Assembly: GCA_013416795.1 (NCBI GenBank)
Contig: RQSC01000024.1
Span: 225,982 to 289,981, forward strand
Length of the DNA stretch: 64,000 nt
DNA from: Prasinococcaceae sp. CCMP 1430
Lineage: Eukaryota; Plantae; Prasinodermophyta
Reading direction: 5' to 3'
This document shows positions 10,199-21,794 of this stretch, piece by piece. Position 1 is the first letter of the stretch. Each line of letters starts with the position of its first letter. The position numbers and the translations under genes are program-made. Under the pieces are notes generated by a model. That model had not been told where the DNA came from and did no database searches. It saw only the letters and a program-made list of their open reading frames with translations.

Positions 10199-11641
10199 TT
10201 AAGTAGCCTCGCCCCCTCGCTGCTGCTCCAGCGGCGATCGCGCAGCCGAGCGCTTATGGTGCCGAAAGCTGAGGTACGCCGCGAGGCCCCAGCCGAGGCC
10301 GGCGGGGAGGAAGAGCAAGCACATGATGGACATGGTGCTTCGCCAGTCGTGGAGCCTGTCCTGCAGTACACCCGCGAGCGGGGGCATCGGCACGTCGCCG
10401 AGCAGATGGATTGCGTTCACGCATAGCGACATGGCCAGCCCCCTGAGCTCGGTGGGCACGATCCACATTTGCGCAGCATTGACGGCCGCTTGGGGCAGCA
10501 TAAGGGCCACGAAGGCCACGGAGAACAAAGACAAGAATCCGACGACGCTATCGCATGCAAATCCGCCAAGCAGCACAAGACCGCCCACGACCGTCGAGCA
10601 CCCGCACAGCGCGAACGCACGGTGCGCCGTACCACCCAGCTTGTCGAGGAGGAGTCCGCCGCTGAGGGTCCCCACGATGCCGCTGACGACTGTCGCACCC
10701 CCGATGGCGATGTTGGCATCGTCACCGAGGGAGCTGTACGCCTCGCGCGCCGCAGTCGGCCCCCACACCGACAGCGTGCCGAGCGCTCCCGTATATAGCC
10801 CGGAGGAGACAATGCTGGCTACGTACGGAGCGATGAGCAGCAGTGTACGCACGTCTGCGGCGAAGCTGGAGCAACCCACGCGGCTGCCCTCGTGCGATGG
10901 CTCGAGGCGTCTTCTACCGAGGGGAATGGGCCGCGACAGCGCGCAGAAAAGCACGAGCGGCAGGCCAATCATGGCCTCGACGCCGAAAACCCACCGCCAG
11001 CTGCCAGTGAGCCCCTCGACCACGCCGCCGAACACGTAGCCGAGCGCCGTGCCCGCCGCAATCCAAACGTAGAACAGCCCAAGCCAAATGGTCTTGCGCC
11101 GGCGCGGCGCGTAGTCGTCAATGAAAGGGGCCGCGAGGCAGACGATTGATGCTTCGCCCGCGCCGACGATGCAGCGGCAAGCGACCAGCTGTGCATATGA
11201 GCGCGCAATGGAGCATCCGGCGACGGCGAGGACCCACAGGCCGAGCCCACCCGCGATGCAGTGCAGCGCCGACCGCGCGTGCGCGAGCCGGGCGAAGACG
11301 GGAGAGCTCACCATCAGCCCGACCATGAACGCCGACTGAAGCATGCCCGCCTGAGCGCTGCTCAGGCCGAACTCGCCAATGATACCTTCGTCAGCGCCAG
11401 CGCCGCCATCGCCCTCTTTCCTTCCGAGGACGGCGGTCGAGGACAAAGTGCCTCTGTCCAGGTAGATGAGCGCGTTCAGCACGCAGAGCAGAGCGGTGAG
11501 TCGCCCGGGCGTTGCCCACGGGTGCCCCGCGAGCTGCGCCGCTGCCGACTCGGACGCTACGCCACTGCCCGCCTTGCTCCCACTGCTCGGAGGCAAGTGC
11601 GACAGCAGCGCATCAGACTCCATCCCCGCTGGCTCCGCCAT
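10199..11641 (-). CDS. MFS transporter, Spinster (SPNS)-like
   Basis: NALIYLDRG, QAGMLQSAFMVG, CRCIVGAGEAS, APFIDDYAP, GTALGY, WRWVF, IHLLGDVP motifs; about 12 hydrophobic segments; first in-frame ATG at 11641. Confidence 0.85.
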   Translation of the reverse strand: MAEPAGMESDALLSHLPPSSGSKAGSGVASESAAAQLAGHPWATPGRLTALLCVLNALIYLDRGTLSSTAVLGRKEGDGGAGADEGIIGEFGLSSAQAGMLQSAFMVGLMVSSPVFARLAHARSALHCIAGGLGLWVLAVAGCSIARSYAQLVACRCIVGAGEASIVCLAAPFIDDYAPRRRKTIWLGLFYVWIAAGTALGYVFGGVVEGLTGSWRWVFGVEAMIGLPLVLFCALSRPIPLGRRRLEPSHEGSRVGCSSFAADVRTLLLIAPYVASIVSSGLYTGALGTLSVWGPTAAREAYSSLGDDANIAIGGATVVSGIVGTLSGGLLLDKLGGTAHRAFALCGCSTVVGGLVLLGGFACDSVVGFLSLFSVAFVALMLPQAAVNAAQMWIVPTELRGLAMSLCVNAIHLLGDVPMPPLAGVLQDRLHDWRSTMSIMCLLFLPAGLGWGLAAYLSFRHHKRSAARSPLEQQRGGEAT

Positions 11642-12107
11642 GAACGCCCGCCCGGCCGCACGATCCGGCCCCCTCTCCTCCGCCACGGCCGAGCGCCCTC
11701 ACCCGGCTGCGGCTGCGGCGCGGCGCGGCGCGGCGCTCGCGCGTTGCGCAGCGCCACGCACCGCGCGCCGCGGCAGGCGGGGGCGCCTCTGATACGGCAG
11801 GCGGGCGCGCACGAGGGCGGGGACGGACCCCCGCACTGGCAACCCGCCCACCCCTTTCCCCCTTCCCACCGCACGGCCCCCGGCGCGCGCTGTGTCGCGC
11901 CCGCACGACGGGCGCCGCGTCAGCAGCGGGCGCGTTTTCCTCACACGTTCATTTTGATATACTATCAGAACAAGAGCATGACCGCGTTGAAACTTGAAAT
12001 TCGAGTTCAGCACCCCAGGTGTGTGCAGGTTGAGAAAAAAAGGCACGCCGAGGGCGCCACATGTGCGCAAGGCGGCGGCCGCCACGGCGCCCAGTCAGGC
12101 TGCGCAC

Positions 12108-13742
12108 ATGGGCAACGCGCATCCAGGCGGGCCGCCGATGCCCACGTCGTCGACGCAGTCGCCGCCGCCAGCCCTGCCCTCGCGGGCGGCGGGGACGGCG
12201 GCGGCCGCGGGCGGCGGCCGCGGCTGTGAAAGTGTCAGCGACGGCGTGCAGACATTGCAGGGAGGAGAAGACGAGGCTGCCGTGTCGGAGGGCAACGAGG
12301 AGCGCGAGGGCGCCGGCGATGGAGCGTCACTCCCTCGCAGTCACAGCGGATCGGGATGCCTTGGCACTGCTGGCTGTGTCGACGGTGGGAGCGGTGAGAT
12401 CAGACCCGGTGTCGGTGACGACTTCTGCCGCACCACTGCAGCGGCGCGCACTGGGGCACAAAAAGAGACCACCCAGCACCTACCCCCGCCGACTCGCAGT
12501 GAAACGATTGACGTGGACGCACGTTCAGCAGGAGGGACGCACTTGAATCCGAGAAAGAAAGAGTCAGCCAGACACGAGGAAGCGCCGACGCCCGCATCGT
12601 GCGTGCCTTCTCAGAAACAAGGCTACCCTCCGTCTGTCGAACCCGCTATCGCACCGGCCACCTGCCCTGCGAGCATCGCCAAAGGTGCCATGACTCCGCA
12701 CGACCGTGTCGCCGACCGTAGGCCGGCAGTTTCCCCCCCGACGGCTCCCCCATGCGAGAACCATGCGACGCTGTCCACGTGCGACGGTGCCTTTTCTCGT
12801 CCTAGCGCGCGCTGCTCTTCCATCGCGCTTCGCCCTCCGCTCTCCTCCGCGCCGGCCGCCTGCCCGTTCCAGGTGCTGTCCGACGTCGCACTCGACGAAG
12901 CAATCGCGTGGGCATCGCACCCGAATGTGCACGTCCGGCGGGCGACACACAGGGCTCTGGCTGACTTCCTCAGGCAAGCGAGTGTCATTGTACCCGCGCG
13001 ATGTTTTAGTGGCCTTCCACCTTTAGACTGCAGAAGCCTTGAGGCCAAGCAATGCGATGGCGGCTCAAAGGATCTTCCGTATGCCATCGACAGCGCCTGC
13101 AAGTGGATGGTCACAGGCGTTGAGTCGCTGGTGGCTCTGACCGACGAGCTATCTGCCACGTGCGACACCCTGGAGCGGCGCACAAGCATGGCCGTCCGCA
13201 CGATGCCCATACGCGCCCCGTCGCCGGCGCTTGCATCACCTGGGATCATCCTACGTGGCTCGGACTTGCCGTCATCACCCGCCACTCCCGCGGAGGTCGC
13301 AGATTCCGACCACGAGTCGGAGGAGCCTGCGAAGAGAGAATGGCCGACGCAAGTCACTCAGCACGCGCCGATGAAAAAGAACGTCCGCTGGCGTCATCCA
13401 CTGACCTCTCCCTCGCCTGCAGAGCGCAGCACTTGTGGACCGTCGGGGATGCGGTCGAACGTGTCACTTCGGCCGCCAAAGACAACACCACCGCCGTCGA
13501 TATTTGCGTCGGTTCCGACAGTGACCCTCTCGATGCCCCACGATTATCCAACAACGAGCCAGGGCACTCATCCTCAGCCATTTGCGCCAGGAGCGGATGC
13601 CTGGGCGGCGGCAATGCTAGGCGAGAGCAACGTGACCAGTGTCTATGGCCGCCGCCGCAGCGCTGCTGGGAATCTTCCGCTCTCGTCACGCATGAAGAAC
13701 AAACGCAGGCGGACGGACTGGACAGGTGACGATGACGGCTGA
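12108..13742 (+). CDS. Hypothetical Pro/Ser-rich protein with a central helical segment and a KKNVRW motif
   Basis: Long ORF between well-defined genes, ATG at 12108. No family recognised. Confidence 0.5.
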   Translation: MGNAHPGGPPMPTSSTQSPPPALPSRAAGTAAAAGGGRGCESVSDGVQTLQGGEDEAAVSEGNEEREGAGDGASLPRSHSGSGCLGTAGCVDGGSGEIRPGVGDDFCRTTAAARTGAQKETTQHLPPPTRSETIDVDARSAGGTHLNPRKKESARHEEAPTPASCVPSQKQGYPPSVEPAIAPATCPASIAKGAMTPHDRVADRRPAVSPPTAPPCENHATLSTCDGAFSRPSARCSSIALRPPLSSAPAACPFQVLSDVALDEAIAWASHPNVHVRRATHRALADFLRQASVIVPARCFSGLPPLDCRSLEAKQCDGGSKDLPYAIDSACKWMVTGVESLVALTDELSATCDTLERRTSMAVRTMPIRAPSPALASPGIILRGSDLPSSPATPAEVADSDHESEEPAKREWPTQVTQHAPMKKNVRWRHPLTSPSPAERSTCGPSGMRSNVSLRPPKTTPPPSIFASVPTVTLSMPHDYPTTSQGTHPQPFAPGADAWAAAMLGESNVTSVYGRRRSAAGNLPLSSRMKNKRRRTDWTGDDDG

Positions 13743-13999
13743 AGATACGGCACATCGCCCACACTCACGCACCTTGCCATACATCGTGGTGGACTCTGCT
13801 TTCAACGATTTTCGGTAGCACTCGCATTTGCGAGCCCAATGCGCAAGGGCCACTCTCACATGACGAGTCACATCGCAGCAGACGCCAGAGCTACTTCCAA
13901 CCGACGCAGCTGGCTATGAATTCATAGATGCATCCAAGCTTCACAGACGCACTGCTACTCCTCTGCTCACAATGTACAAAAATTGATACTGTACAAGAT

Positions 14000-16900
14000 T
14001 TACAACAGATCCGGCGCGTTGCCGCCCGCGGGCCTGCGCGTGAGCAGCCGCGCGTCCTTCCAGGCTGACAGGGAACACCAGCTCTGCTCTTTGGGTGGAA
14101 TCGCGGTGCGCGGGGCCTCTTCAAGCCAGTAGTGAGCGCGCGAGCTCTGTCCAGGGTCGTACACCCCAAAGGGATTTTCCTCCGTGACGCGCGTGAGCGG
14201 GCGCCATCGCGTTGGCCGCGCCTCGCGCGTGACCAGCGTGAGGTTGCTCGCCTCGAGCGGTATTTCCACCACCACCTCTTCACTGGTCGAAACCAACGCA
14301 TCCCAGGCCAGCACGCCATCCACGTACACCTCAAAGCGCGCGCCGCATTGCGGCACGGTGGCGTTGCACTCACCGCAGCTCGCGTCGTCCTGCACAATGC
14401 CTGCCTTGGCCGCGAAGCCGCTGAATTCGAGCCCCAGCGCGCGGATGGCGTCCAGGCGGAACGCAATGGCCGTACCGGGCGGGGCGCCCACCCCACGCCC
14501 CCGTGGTCGGCGCGCTGACTCTGGGAAGAGCAAGTTGCCCTCCGGATCCGCCCCGGGTGGCTTGGGGGCGATCGGATGCGACACATCGATCTCTCGATAC
14601 AGGGGGTCGGGCGAGCCGCTGCAGTCTGGGCAGGGCCGCCCGCTCAGCACTTGCAGGTGGGTTGATGTGCAGTCGCCGCCATTCCCTGCTCCTTTCACGC
14701 CATCGTATGTGCTGGATGGTCCCGCGCTCGCTTGTGAGAGCGACCCATCGCCGCAAGCCAGGGGCACGCCAAGCGGGGCGCCCATGTAGCAGCTCAGGAA
14801 GAGTGACACCTGCGAGTCCAGGGCCTCGTCCTCGCAAAGCGTCGAGGCGAGGCCCAGCACGCGGCGCGCGCATCCGCGCGTGGGATGCGCGTCGTAGAAG
14901 TCGTCGCATTCACACTCGCCAGTCTCGTAGCGGCACTTGCCGTGGCCAGAACACTGCTCAGGGCAATGAGTGAACTCGCATGCGACCCCAAAGTGTGGCC
15001 AAGCACACATGCACTCGCCGGCATGGTAGTCGCACGCGCCCCGGCCGTTGCAGGTCATAGGCACGCGTCCGAAGCGCGCGAGCAGCGCGTTTTCCTGCCG
15101 CTCGAGTGCAGCAGCCTCTTGCGCGAAAAGGCGCGCACGGCTGGGAACGCCGCGGCTGGGCAGCGAGCCGAGCTCTTCGTACAGGTCTGCACGGGCGCGC
15201 TCCGCATCTGCGGCATCGTAGAATTGCAGGTACAGCACGGCCTGATCGACAGGCAGCGAGGGGTCTCGACCTCCAATGGGGTCGGCATTAGGGACCTCGC
15301 CAAGTCGCGCCAGTAGCTCACTGTTCCCAGAATTTGGCACCCCATCGCCAGTGTCGAGATACGCCAGCTGCGCGGGGTCGCCATAATATGGCGCCTCGAG
15401 CAGGCCGCCGCCGAAATTCTCCGAGCGCAGCGTTCCACCGCCAAGGAATGGCTTCGGGATGAGGGGCAGAAGCTTTACTTCCACGAGCCTGCCATACGTC
15501 TTCCCGTACATCTCCTCATAGTATGCCTCGCCTGCTGAAAAATTGGCGTCTGGCACCACCATGCGATTGCGTGGGCACGCGCGCAGGCTGCAGTCGCCTC
15601 CGAAAAACGGGGCATAGCACGCGCACTTGCCGGTGCCACCAACGCAGCGACGTTCACCAGTCTCAGGGTTAGACTCACATTGGCGCTGGTCGTCGCACGC
15701 GCCGTTGCCCGTGCAGTTCGCTGGACAAAGCACGTGTGAGCAGTCGTCGAATGTGTACCCTTCGTAGCACTCACATGCCGGTGGAAATACTGCGGTATTG
15801 CACCATCCATGCCCTGCGCAGTCGTTGAGACAGCGACTCGCGCGCTCGGAAACTAACACTCCCAGCTCGCGCAAGCGATGCTCAAGAGGGCCATGCCCGC
15901 GCTCTGTGAGCTCCTCACTCATGGCCGCCAGGCCGTCTTCCAGGTGGTGCGCAAGGCCATCCGCACGCACCACGCGCATGCGCGTGGCGTAAGAATGGGG
16001 CGGCGTCGGATACGGAAATGAGTGGTCAATGTCGAGCGTCACTGCCACCAGCTGCTCGTCGTCCACTTCCGTGTACCCAAAGCCGTTTGGCAATCCCGCC
16101 TCGGCAAGGGCGAGCTCTACTTGCGAGTGCAGCCGTGGCAGGTGCACCACTAGAAGCGACGTGCCAGGCGTCCACTCTGGCGCGTACTCTTCAGGCAGCC
16201 CTGCGTACTCTTCGTAGCGCCTCGCGTACTGCGAGCACCTATCCGAGGCCGCGCGCATCAGGTCAACAATATCGTCGGACGCCACCGCCCGCCGGGCGAG
16301 GTCTTCGTAGGGCACATCGGCAGGTTCGAGCACGACGCTCTCGATGCTGATGCCTCCTCGGCCGAATCGCACGTCCAAGACGTGCTCGCTGTTGTACGCA
16401 TCGAAATCGCATGAGACTGTGTAGTTGGACGGTTTCGTCGAGCAGAGCGTCTCGATGAGCACGCGCAGCCGTGTGCCGGTGTGCTCGAGCACACGAGAAC
16501 CCTTCATCGCGCCGCTGGAGAGCGCGTCCTCCAGCTGTGCGAACCAGCCGCCCAGGCTCTTGCCGCGGGCCACGGGGCCGCCCACACGCACAGCAAGCAC
16601 GCGCGCATGCTGCGCGGCTATCGCCGAGCGCGCACGCACACCCAGGTCACGTACGGCCAAACCCATGCCCGCAACTTCGGCCGCGTCAAGCACGCGCTCA
16701 ATCTCGGCCTCCCTCAGCCACGGCTCGGCCAACAGGCCCGTCAGCAGCGTCCTGAGCGCAGATTCGGCCTTGCTGCGCCCATCCACGAGTGCGATGCCGG
16801 CGGCATCCTCAGGCAGCATGCCCACAGAGCCCGGCGCAGGCACGTGCTGATGATAACCGAGCGCCTTCGCTCGCAGCTGCGCCGCCTCGTGTTCTTGCCT

Positions 16901-19114
16901 CGTGGGGAAGAGCATTTGCCCCTCCGTCTCAGACAACAAGCTTGGCAGGGGAGCGACCTCGACGAAGAACGTCTGACGCACCACATAGATATGGTCGGTG
17001 GCCTCGAGCACAACACGGTGCCTGCCGGGCCTCGCGGCTTCCATTGCCGACTCCGGCACCTCCACGTCCGAGCGAAGCGGAATCCCGGATAGCACTTGCG
17101 CAAAGTCATCGTACACAAGCCAGACGGGCAACTCAATGGCCGAGATGGTCACGCCGGCCTGCTCGAAGGCAGCATCCGCGTCGCGCGCCACTGGCGTGTA
17201 CATGTACAGGCTGTCTTCCGCAATCTCAAGCGGCGGCGAGGACACGAACACCGGCGGGTCTGCGTAAGTGAAGCCACGCAGGGGTACGCCCCAGCGCGGG
17301 TCGACCTCGCCTGGCGCGCAGTCCGTAAACGGGTACTCCTGGCTCTCCGCACCGCAGTGGCCGGACTGATGCCCACCGAAGGGCCCATGCTTGAGGTTGC
17401 GATCGTAGTCTCCCACTACGACGCTCACGGTGACGCCCACGCCCTCGCCTGGCGGCGTGAGGCACACCAGCGAGCCGCGCTGCGTCATTCTAAGCTCGGT
17501 GCATTCTTGCTCGCCGACGAAGACCGTGAGGCCGTCCACGCTCGAACCAAAGTTCTTGCCGGTAATCTCAATAAGCGTGCCGCCCGAGCGTGGCCCCGCG
17601 AAGGGCTCGACGGAGAGAACCTGCACCCACGCGCGTGGCACGACGAAGCTGTCCAAAGCCATCCATCCGAAGTCGCAGCAGCGGTAGTCGATGATGTCAA
17701 GCACGTACTTCTCGCCGACGGCATTGAGCTCGCGCAGCTGCTCTGCGCTGAGCTGCTCGGCCATCCAGAATCGCCGCGAGCGCACAGGCACCGTCGCCAC
17801 GCGATAGTTGTCTCGAAGACGCGTCAGCGCCACACCCAGTGAGCCCTCACCCACCGCCGCCAGGTCCAATGTCGCACGCGGCATGGCTGGGACGCTCACA
17901 TCCCCGCCGTTGGACCTGAAGGTGAGGTCACCGTCACCGAGCACGAAGGGCACCGAGCGCACGTGCAGCAGGCCGTGAGTGAGCTCGCGACGCTCCAGCG
18001 GGTACGCTGAGCACAGCTGGAAGTGGCCGGACTGTGGAGGCCGGAAGCAGTCCCGCCGGACGGCAAAATTAGGCATGCCAGATGACTGAACGCATGCGCG
18101 TGCGCGTGGGTGCAGAGGGTCAGCAGTGCGCAGCTTGCCTCGATCCTCACCCTGCAAGCGCTCTCGGGCGCACACGGACCTTGAGGAACCAGAACGGCTC
18201 GAATGTGCCCTCCTCGAAGCCCCATCTGAGCGGCTCAACGGTGTAGTACCTGCGCGCGTACGGTGGTACGTTGTGCGGCTGCGAGTGGCCGTATCCGACG
18301 GGATCGTGAGAGTAAAGCCAATCCTCGGGAACGCCGGCGCCCTTAAGACCATATACCTCACGCAATGGCATCCCTGCGCGCCCAGCTCGCGCAGCGAGCT
18401 CCCGCTCCATGATGTGCCGCGCGCCAAAGCCCGCGGCCATCGCAAGCACGAGGTCTGCGTCAACCTCACCCGCCTTGTTCGCCGCATCGGGATTGATGGG
18501 CGCGAAGACGCCGCGCTCGTGCGGGCCGTAGAGCTCCGGGTCCAGGGGCCGATCCCCGACGTAAGGCCCGCTATCCTCTCGAGGCAGCCGGTCGCCGGGG
18601 TAAGCTGCGCGCCTACAGCTCACCCACATGTTGTCGCGATAGCCCTGGGTGTCGGGATCGAGGTCGGGTAGCTTGGAAAATGGCAGCGGCTGGGGTTCGT
18701 GGCCCCCGCTGTAGTGCCCCTGATCCCTCACGCGATCGCCGTCCACTGCGACGCCACACTCGTCGTCCCACACCTCGTACTCCGTGCCACTCATGAGCTT
18801 CCGAGGGCGGTACACGCGGGTGCGCTTCTCCGGGTTGGGCGAGTCCGGGTCGTACGTGTAGTAGCCGTACCGCTCGGGGAGCCCGTTGGACGCGCTTGTG
18901 CGCCACGCATACGTGTGCACGTAACCGGGCGACTCGAGGAATACCTCGTCCTCGCGGTTCTCCTTGCGGAAGAACGCGGCATCGAGGCCCTCGCGGTCGT
19001 CGTCCCAGTGCTCCTCGAGGTCCCATGCGGCGCGCACGGCGCGAGGCGCATGCGAGAGGGCCAGCAGCGCGCACAGCGCTGCTGCGCCGCACGCCGCGCG
19101 CCGCCCGCCCCCAT
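14000..19114 (-). CDS. Large secreted multidomain protein: signal peptide, IPT/TIG, cadherin/He_PIG-like Ig repeat, tenascin-type EGF repeats, C-terminal NPCBM/NEW2-like module; intron 18179-18032
   Basis: AALCALLALSHAPRAVRA signal; SVEPFAGPRSGGTLIEITGKNFG (IPT); PPVFVSSP...YMYTPVARDAD...LPVWL..D....LSGIP (Ig-like); CLNDCAGHGWC, CPANCTGNGAC, CNGRGAC, CPEQCSGHGKC (EGF); FAAKAGI...ARFEVYVDG (NPCBM). Phase-0 intron joins FWFLK to SGHFQ. The start codon is one base out of frame (see findings). Confidence 0.75.
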
Positions 19115-19572
19115 GCGCCTGCGCCTGCTCCGCGCGGCTTCTTTTGCGGCGTAAAAAAAGGGGATAAAAAAACGGATGCGCCACAGCGCGCGCGCGGCGC
19201 GCCCTGTGCCCCCCTCCTCCTCCCCTCCCCACACCGCACGCTACACACCCGCGGGTTGGACACCTGTCCCTCTGGCCCGTCCCCCCCCAACGAGGCAACC
19301 TGGTTCAATCTCGCAACAACGACAAGACACCCTAATACATCCTACCGCAATCCCGGTCCTCCCGCCGATAGACCGGGTCATCGAGCGCGCGGGGGCCTTC
19401 TCGGGACCGGCGACGACCTCATTTCTCCTTGCTTGACCGTTGCACAACGGAATCGTAGGTACAAAAAGGCACCGTACTAGGTACCAGGCCAGCACAGCTT
19501 TTAGGTGTAGGTGCGGCGCACGCGCAGCTGCGCCGACGGCGTGCTGCGCAGCTAATTCAGCGTGCTGCGCAG

Positions 19573-21794
19573 CTAATTCAGCGAGGCGTACATTGCAGCG
19601 ATCTCCTTGCTATACTTCTCCTTGAGCTGCGGACGCTTCGCCTTAAAAGTGGGCGTCGTGAGGCCGTTGTCCACGCTCCAAAGCTCCCAGTCGAGCATGA
19701 CAGCCTTTGGCAGCTCGAAGCCCTGCAGGCGCGACTTGGCGCCCTCCTTGAGCATGGAAGCGAGCACCGCCTCGCGCGCCTCGGGCAGCCGCGAGAGCGC
19801 CTCGGGCGTGCGCTCACCACCGATGCCGTTCTCGTCCGCCCAGGCGACGATGGCCTCTGGGTCGACGACGACCACCGACACGAGGCACGGCTGCAACGAG
19901 TCGCCGTGCACGAAGACCTGGGCGGCAAGCGGAGAGCGGCCGAAAACGCCCTCGAGCTTCTCAGGGGCGACGTACTCGCCTTGTGCAAGCTTGAAAATAT
20001 TCTTCTTTCGGTCGATAACCTTGAGGCGCCCGCCGGGGATCCACGTGCCAATGTCCCCTGTGTGCAGCCAGCCGTCCCCATCGATTGTCTCGCGGGTCTT
20101 TTTCTCGTCCTTGAGATACCCGCGGAAGACGCTCGGGCCGCGCACGCAGATCTCACCTCGCGCAAATGGCTTATCGCTCGTCGTGTAATTCATCTCGGGC
20201 ACCGACACGAGCTTGATTTCGTTGACGACGGCCGGCGGCCCGACGTTGCCACCCTCCGTCTCCCCGGGCGCCGTCGAAGACATCACGCCGCCCTCGGTCA
20301 TGCCATAGCCCTCTACTACCTCGCAGCTGAAAGCAGCGCGCAGGAAGTCGAGCACTTCAGCGCTGATGGGCGCCGAGCCGGTGGTCATCACACGCACCCG
20401 CCCGCCGAGCTTTGCCTTAATCTTGTTGAAGACCAGCCGCTCCCAAATCGGGTTGGGCTTCTTGCCCGCCTTGTATGCCGCGCGGTTGGATGCCATGGCC
20501 ATTGCGAACAGCCGCTGCTTCACGGCACCGCCCTCGCGTACCTGCTGGTGGACCTGGCGGAGGCACCAAGGTGGCGCCAGGCGCGCGGCAGTCGCGACGG
20601 GTGTCAGCTTTTGAAGCCAATGCAGCACACGAGCGAGGGCGCAGCGGAGGGGACGAATCCAACGTCCACATGCACGCGCGCGTTCGCGCGGGTACTCACC
20701 CCATCGTAGATGCGGTTGAACAGGCGCGGCACAGAAGAAAAACACGTAGGCCTGAGTTCGGCGATGTCATCCAGTAGCTTGAGCATGTCACCGCGGAAGA
20801 AACCACAGCGCACACCACGGTGCAGGTTGGACACCAGGGCGAGGCGCTCGTAGATGTGCGCCAGCGGTAGGTACGAGATGTGTGTGTCAATGGTGTCAGG
20901 GTCCGTCTTGCCGACCATCATGCGGCGCTCACACGAGGCCGCGTTGGACACCAGATTGCGGTGGGTGATGAGCGCGCCCTTAGGCAGACCCGTCGTGCCG
21001 CTCGTGTAGCAGACGGTCGCGACGTCGTCCGCATCGCCGGGCGTAAACTCCCGCGGATTCTGTGCGCCCTCGCTCAGCATCACCGAGTAGTGCACCACGT
21101 CTGCGCTCGGGCACACTGGCAGCGCCTTGTCCGACATGAGCGTGTGCTCGGGCGCCACCACCACCAACTTAACATTGGTCTTGGGCACGACGGGCATGAG
21201 CTTGGCGAGCTCATTTGTGGAGCACACGACCGCCTTGAGGTTCGCGTGGTTGCAGATATACTCCACCACGTCCGCACCGAGAGTGTCGTATAGCGGCACA
21301 GACACGATCCCCATCGCGGAGCACGCGAGCTCGGCGACGGCCCACTCCAAGCGATTCACCATGTACAGGCCGACTGCATCTCCCTTGAAGATGCCGCGGC
21401 CGCGCAGCGCAGAACCGAGGTTCGCGCGCGCTTCAGCCACCTGCTTGTAGGTGTGCCACACGTACGGCTCGCGGCCCGGCGGGGGCGCGCGTGTACCCAT
21501 GCACTCGCGGTCAGCGTACCTCTTCAGCCCCGCCTCGAAGCTGTCGTGGGTCGTGCGCACGAGGGGGTCGTCCTCGTAGAAGTCGATCAGCGCCCGCGGC
21601 GACTGGGCGCTGCGGTAGACGTCCCAGTTGGAGTCGTTCAGGCGCTCGGGTAACACGGCTGCCAGACCGGCCGGCGACGCGCCGATCGCCACGCTCGCCT
21701 CGAGTGCTCCAGCCTCATCCCTGCTGGCCTGTGTGCCCCTCCCTGCGCACACATGGCACGCGACCGCCGCGGCACGGCGCCGCGCGGCGTCCAT
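19573..21794 (-). CDS. LACS6: Long-chain acyl-CoA synthetase, LACS6/7 (peroxisomal)-like; intron 20699-20554
   Basis: YTSGTTGLPKG, SYLPLAHIYER, VEGYGMTE, GWLHTGDIG, IDRKKNIFKLAQGEYVAPEKLE. GGG|GTGAGT...CCGCCAG intron. PTS2-like RAAAVACHV near the N-terminus. Confidence 0.92.
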
